From: Thermoanaerobaculia bacterium
GTDB taxonomy: Bacteria; Acidobacteriota; Thermoanaerobaculia; Gp7-AA8
Direction: 5' to 3'
Assembly: GCA_041750915.1 (NCBI GenBank)
Contig: JBGSYJ010000241.1
Location: 1,067-65,066, forward strand
DNA length: 64,000 bases
The notes below the pieces were generated by a model. The model worked only from the letters and a program-made list of their open reading frames with translations. It made no database searches and had not been told where the DNA came from. Position numbers and translations under genes: made by a program. Every line of letters begins with the position of its first letter. Position 1 is the first letter of the stretch. This document shows positions 59,393-64,000 of the stretch, one piece after another.

Positions 59393-62300
59393 TCCAGAGT
59401 CACCGAGGTCGACTGCTTAGCACCGATCGACGCCTGAACATGGCTGGTTCCAAGCGAGATCTGGTAAGACCCGGGCGGCAGGCCAGACAGGCTGAATGGA
59501 ACACCAGCCTTGACAGAAGGCCAACTTCCGATCCGTTGAAGCAACGCCGTCAGGTTCCAGCCGTTGGGGCCCAGAATCTGCGGCGTACCCTCGAACTTGG
59601 AGTTCACGAGTAATGCGCCACTGGGCCCCATGCGAACCATTATCCCCTTGAGCCATTGATCAGAGGTGAGCCAGGTTCCTAAAACCCAACCCTCTGTATG
59701 CATCACGGCGTAACGGAGTTGACGCGGTGGTATATCGCGAAACCGCATTTTCACCCAACCCGTCGAGTCGGTCGTAGCAATCATCATGTTACCGGTGTCA
59801 GTTTCTACAAACACGAATGCATTTGAGCCGGCACTGCCGCTAGCTGCCAGGACCTGCACGCGTATCTCATCGCGGTTAAGGTTTCCCAGCTCAAGCCTGA
59901 CCGGCTGCGACTCGCGTCCCAATTCGATCTGGACCTCGATAACATCGCTGAAGTCATCGCCGAGCCTAGCTCGCAATCGGTGGTTACCGGGAAGCAGTCC
60001 CCCCATCGCAAAGGTGCCGTCTGACTTTGTCACCGCGCTCCCTGGTCCACCTATCTCCTCGACCGTAGCGAATCGCGCTGGGCGCGAATCCCCGTCGACA
60101 ACCATACCCCGGATAGTAGACGCGTCGTACTGGAGCATGATCGACTGCTGCGACTGAGATTCCACCTTGACTGTCTTGGACGGGGTGGTTCCGTGCTCGG
60201 CACCGATCCACCGTACGTTCCAAATTGCAGGATTGATCTCGCTCGTCTCGAACGTGCCGTCAAGGGCAACCTGTGTGGAAACCTGACCGGAGCCGCCGAG
60301 GACGCGCTGTTGTGTCGCTCCAAGCGGCGAAGACTGATTGTAAATCACACCTGCAAGCGCCCCGGCGGCGGCAGGAGTCCAGACGAGCGTGCCGCCAGCT
60401 GCAGGGCGGTCACCGATCAGCACTCTGCCGCTAACGATGACGTCCTGCACTGAACACTCGACCTCAAAAATGTCATCTTGGCGAGGAATCTCAACGCTGT
60501 GTTCGCAAACGACGGTTCTGTCACGCGACAGGCTGACCCGCACGGGTCCAGGCGGTACTTGGCGGATGGTCGCGGATCCATCCTGCATGGCTGCGGATAA
60601 GCGGTCAATTTCACCCGTATTCTCGTCTATCGAGATGTTCGCGGTCCCAGTGAAATCCGAATTAGATGTAACTCGAACTGTCGTTCCCTTCTCGAGTCGA
60701 ATATCGCCAATGTCTGACAGCCCAGTGCTGCCGTCGACCGTGACGGAACGAAAGGCACGTGCATAACCGGGTAGATCAAAGCGCAGAAGCGAGGGCTGGG
60801 GCCCAATCCCTCGGAGAGTAAACATCCCTTCGTCTTCACTTAGTGTTCGCAACGTATTACCTGATGACCACGAGAGCAATGGTCCTCCGGTAATCGGTCG
60901 CGTTGTCCACACTGCCACGCCTTTCGCAGGCATTCCATCTTCGGTGACGACACGCCCGCGAATCCGGTTACCCGTTTCGGGGTGTAAGACTCCAAGGTCA
61001 AGATCTTCCCCTCGCCTTCCTTGGACTTCGCGCAGCAAGCTCAGAGTGGACGGCGAGACAAACTCAAGACGCAAGGCCTTATCCGGTTCCACCGCCACCT
61101 GGAAATCGCCACCAACGATCCGCTCCTCTCGCGAGTGCCCGCCATCGAGAATTCGGACTGCTGCGCCTTCGATCTGTTCGCCCGAAGCCTCAATGAATCG
61201 TCCAGTTACAACGAACGCGCGAGTGACTTCAACTGTCACCTCCCGCGACAGCGGCGCGCCAAGTGTTTTCTTAAAATCAAGGTACCCGCTTGCCTCGACA
61301 GCCACATCGAGGGGATTGGCAACTGACACGTCGTCCAGCACGGCCAATCCCTTTTTGTTTGAGATAGCCCTTCGGCCGAACTTCGCGCTAACCAGTGCGC
61401 CCACTACAGGCCTCAGGTCAGTGTCGTCAACAACACGAACGGTGAGCTGCTCGCCGCTCACGAGAACTATTGGCCCCAGGTCCATGTGCTGGTCGCCTAG
61501 GGACACCTCCGTGAGACGTGGCGCAAAGCCCTCCCGCCGCATCGCCAGAACGAACTTGCTTCGTGCTGGTAAGTTTTTCAGCATCCATCTGCCGTCCTCG
61601 GTCGTTTTTCCTCGACGCGCCGCGATCACGCTAGCTCCCGACAACCAGCCTTCGGCGGTGACTTCGACGCCCTCAAGTGGATGATCCTTTCCATCGACCA
61701 CCGTGCCCGTGATGGAGAACCCCTCGCTCATTGTGATTACGGCCGGGAATTCGCCGATTTTCAGAGGAACGGCTTTGGCCGCATGGTTAGCTTCAGTGAG
61801 TACCAGCGTGAGCGACGCGCGATTCGGAAGGGATTCAATCTGGGCAATTCCCTGTCGGCTGATATACTGCGCGGCAAGTTGCGGATTTCCTTTATCAAGG
61901 ATCGTCATGATCGCAATATTGGCGTCCAACGGCGTTCCATCTGCGCTTTCCACCCGAAAACTCTGGCTCGTCGCGGGCAAGATGACGAGCGGGCTCTTCG
62001 AGGCAAGCGACGGTGTTACACTCGCCCACCAAGTGCCTTCATCACGCCCCAGCACCCGCACCCTCCATTCCGCGTCTTGCGCGTATGGAACCTCGATCAC
62101 CCCATTTGCTGGAACAGGCCAAGAAGGCAACATCGATTCAGGAACCTCAAGCCACATGGCCTTTGGTGCTGCACGCAACCGGAAGGCCTCTGCGCTCCTT
62201 TTTGGCTCAACTTCAAGCCTCATTTTTCTGACATCATCATCCGGACTCATCTTCGGATCTAATGGGCGATTGGGCGAGAAGCGAAACGGCGGGATTTCGT

Positions 62301-62463
62301 CAGACCATGCCCATCCAAACGCTAGCTCTCCGGGAGCCGAGTCCGACATCGCCGTCCAAACCCCGTCCGCATAACTAACGACCTGGAGTCTCTCCGATTT
62401 CGGCCGATCGCCACCATGGGCCGAGGCCGCAACCAAGAGCGCGACCGCTGCGATCCATCTCAT
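59389..62463 (-). CDS. Large secreted protein with multiple carboxypeptidase-regulatory-like (transthyretin-fold) domains
   Basis: Signal peptide MRWIAAVALLVAASAHG at the internal Met (62463); the ORF extends upstream to 62808. Repeated motifs ITGTVVDGKDHPLEGVEV, IRGRVVTEDGMPAKGVAV, IRGMVVDGDSRPARFATV. Confidence 0.55.
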   Translation of the reverse strand: MRWIAAVALLVAASAHGGDRPKSERLQVVSYADGVWTAMSDSAPGELAFGWAWSDEIPPFRFSPNRPLDPKMSPDDDVRKMRLEVEPKRSAEAFRLRAAPKAMWLEVPESMLPSWPVPANGVIEVPYAQDAEWRVRVLGRDEGTWWASVTPSLASKSPLVILPATSQSFRVESADGTPLDANIAIMTILDKGNPQLAAQYISRQGIAQIESLPNRASLTLVLTEANHAAKAVPLKIGEFPAVITMSEGFSITGTVVDGKDHPLEGVEVTAEGWLSGASVIAARRGKTTEDGRWMLKNLPARSKFVLAMRREGFAPRLTEVSLGDQHMDLGPIVLVSGEQLTVRVVDDTDLRPVVGALVSAKFGRRAISNKKGLAVLDDVSVANPLDVAVEASGYLDFKKTLGAPLSREVTVEVTRAFVVTGRFIEASGEQIEGAAVRILDGGHSREERIVGGDFQVAVEPDKALRLEFVSPSTLSLLREVQGRRGEDLDLGVLHPETGNRIRGRVVTEDGMPAKGVAVWTTRPITGGPLLSWSSGNTLRTLSEDEGMFTLRGIGPQPSLLRFDLPGYARAFRSVTVDGSTGLSDIGDIRLEKGTTVRVTSNSDFTGTANISIDENTGEIDRLSAAMQDGSATIRQVPPGPVRVSLSRDRTVVCEHSVEIPRQDDIFEVECSVQDVIVSGRVLIGDRPAAGGTLVWTPAAAGALAGVIYNQSSPLGATQQRVLGGSGQVSTQVALDGTFETSEINPAIWNVRWIGAEHGTTPSKTVKVESQSQQSIMLQYDASTIRGMVVDGDSRPARFATVEEIGGPGSAVTKSDGTFAMGGLLPGNHRLRARLGDDFSDVIEVQIELGRESQPVRLELGNLNRDEIRVQVLAASGSAGSNAFVFVETDTGNMMIATTDSTGWVKMRFRDIPPRQLRYAVMHTEGWVLGTWLTSDQWLKGIMVRMGPSGALLVNSKFEGTPQILGPNGWNLTALLQRIGSWPSVKAGVPFSLSGLPPGSYQISLGTSHVQASIGAKQSTSVTLE

Positions 62464-63521
62464 TGCCACTCCGCCAATATGAGGCGTCCAGCGGTGGGAG
62501 CTCCATCGTTTCGCCAGCGGGCGGAGAGATTCATTAGAAACGCGACTTCCTTTTCCATTAGATCGGCTCGCAACGAGGCGACGTCGGTAGGTGCCGTAAA
62601 CGGGAGCCGCAGGACACTGGCCGGCCTGTCCCGATGCAGTACGACCATTGACCAGTGAGTAATGCCATCGATCACCTCCCGAACCACTAAGGCTGGCCCC
62701 TCGGGCATAGCGAGCACATCGTCGACGACACGCTTCTGCTTGAGCCACTGCATTCGAGCTTCTGGGTCCTTCATGTATAAGAGTTGCTGCGGCTGGGAAA
62801 GTTCGCACTCGTCAAAAACATTCAACGGTTCTGTCTGCCACACATGGGCTAATTTGCCGTCTTTTTGATAGAGAAAAACACCAGGCTCGACGCCCGGTAC
62901 GACAACATACGAGCCGTCCGGAAAAAACCGAACTGCCCCGTGACTGATAAACCCACACCGCCCCAAGATCTTCTTGTCGGGTCCGACTGAGGAAAAATGG
63001 ACGGGATGAAGATCCTTCAGTCCACTGCTCAGGGTTCCCGTCCAAGCGATCGCTCCATCCGGAGCCCACACTCCGTTTTCCCGCCGAGAACCGAGCAACA
63101 GGAGCTTGTCCCCATGGACGTCGATATCCACGACCATGTCAAAAGGGAGGAGATGACCGGACGACTCCGTGAGTTGCTTCCAAGCAACCCCGGCGACCGT
63201 GTGTGCCGTTACTAGGTAATCGGTAGAGAGCCCTAGCATGCTGCATTCGAGGCACTGGCCCCTAATCCCGCGTACGACATTCTTCAGCACGTGGAGGTCC
63301 TCGGTGCGAACTTTGACAACACTCTCCTCGAAGGACGTCATGTAAAGGATGCCTGGCGACTCCCACCGCAAGTCGAGTGCGTACGCAGCTTTGCCGGCAA
63401 GAGGACTGTCAGAAATGATGCGAAGCCTGTTCGCTTCCGGTGCACGGTTTCCAATCAGCACGATCCCACTTCCGATCAACAGGAGTGTGAAGGCTGATGC
63501 AAAAGCGTGCATTTTCATCAT
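62460..63521 (-). CDS. Secreted hypothetical protein (353 aa)
   Basis: Signal peptide MMKMHAFASAFTLLLIGSGIVLIG. The stop overlaps the downstream gene start. Confidence 0.45.
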   Translation of the reverse strand: MMKMHAFASAFTLLLIGSGIVLIGNRAPEANRLRIISDSPLAGKAAYALDLRWESPGILYMTSFEESVVKVRTEDLHVLKNVVRGIRGQCLECSMLGLSTDYLVTAHTVAGVAWKQLTESSGHLLPFDMVVDIDVHGDKLLLLGSRRENGVWAPDGAIAWTGTLSSGLKDLHPVHFSSVGPDKKILGRCGFISHGAVRFFPDGSYVVVPGVEPGVFLYQKDGKLAHVWQTEPLNVFDECELSQPQQLLYMKDPEARMQWLKQKRVVDDVLAMPEGPALVVREVIDGITHWSMVVLHRDRPASVLRLPFTAPTDVASLRADLMEKEVAFLMNLSARWRNDGAPTAGRLILAEWQ

Positions 63522-63597
63522 GATAGATAACTTAGTGCGACTAGCAAGCGTATCGACTGTCTATCTCGCTGACCGGGACGACTCCGCCTCAGAATGG

Positions 63598-63873
63598 CTA
63601 CTCTGCACACGTCACGGCCGGTTGTCCGGGCTCAGAACAACACCAGGCTGTACTCGGGCAGCACCAAGCCTCCATTGTGTAGCAGGACTCTCCTCCCTGT
63701 GTGTCCCAGCAGTACGTACACCCTGGACCATCCCCTCCGCACAGGTACCAGCCGCTGGTCATGTCGTATAATGGAGCTGTCTCCTCAGCATAATCACAAG
63801 AGTAGGCTTCAACCGGGGACGGAGTCAAAAGCGCGGCCGCAGACAACGGTAGCAATCCCTTGAGCACTCGCAT
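63598..63873 (-). CDS. Small secreted cysteine-rich protein (91 aa, 11 Cys in the mature part)
   Basis: Signal peptide MRVLKGLLPLSAAALLTPSPVEA. CDY...CGGDGPGCTYCWDTQGGESCYTMEAWCCPSTAWCC. Confidence 0.45.
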   Translation of the reverse strand: MRVLKGLLPLSAAALLTPSPVEAYSCDYAEETAPLYDMTSGWYLCGGDGPGCTYCWDTQGGESCYTMEAWCCPSTAWCCSEPGQPAVTCAE

Positions 63874-64000
63874 CGAGACTTCCTCCTTTGCATGATTTCA
63901 CCAACCTGATACAGCAATGCACGACACTGTGGTCGTGGAACCCGGATCCTTCACACCCCGCCCATAACGACCGAGAACCTTACGGAGTGAGCGAATTCTT

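Overview
High-GC (~60%) bacterial chromosomal window, possibly from a soil lineage such as Acidobacteriota (low-confidence guess from DUF559/PLPEGEG-type repeats, NBR1-like/PA14/YD giant secreted proteins). It reads as an accessory region: a defense island plus a conflict and secretion region.

From the left end:
- vapBC toxin-antitoxin pair.
- Complete type I restriction-modification operon (hsdR-hsdM-hsdS) whose HsdS is half-size, with a single target-recognition domain.
- Two orphan hypothetical genes.
- Retron-like reverse transcriptase translationally coupled to an XRE HTH gene, with a 0.7-kb highly structured upstream intergenic region.
- Three-gene run of defense-flavoured unknowns: DUF4365-like nuclease domain plus TPR, DUF3800-like, and a possible HEPN-like domain plus DUF1311.
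- Effector(HNH)-middle component-ABC/SMC-like ATPase operon, matching Lamassu/ABC-3C architecture.
- Degenerate IS3 element.
- Glycine-zipper bacteriocin-like gene with a small transmembrane partner.
- Rhs/YD polymorphic-toxin locus:
  - a secreted 215-aa protein;
  - an 1868-aa YD/Ig/NBR1x4/PA14 protein;
  - a 649-aa Rhs protein whose C-terminal toxin resembles YoeB/RelE;
  - a 65-aa immunity candidate.
- Degenerate rve-type transposase split across three frames.
- Frameshifted UvrD-like helicase.
- Kinase-like plus dCMP-deaminase-fold protein resembling anti-phage dCTP deaminases, overlapped by a PLD fragment.
- Membrane proteins.
- Animal-haem-peroxidase-family enzyme.
- Candidate RiPP-like cluster: S8 subtilase with a PIxP repeat tail, a B12-binding radical SAM enzyme, a 126-aa small protein and a 2OG-Fe oxygenase-like protein.
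- Poly-gamma-glutamate-like capA/NlpC-P60/Mur-ligase cluster, with the ligase frameshifted.
- Large secreted multi-domain proteins and a Cys-rich secreted peptide.

Several genes carry frameshifts or in-frame stops, which points either to a decaying island or to sequence errors. No rRNA, tRNA or CRISPR array was found.
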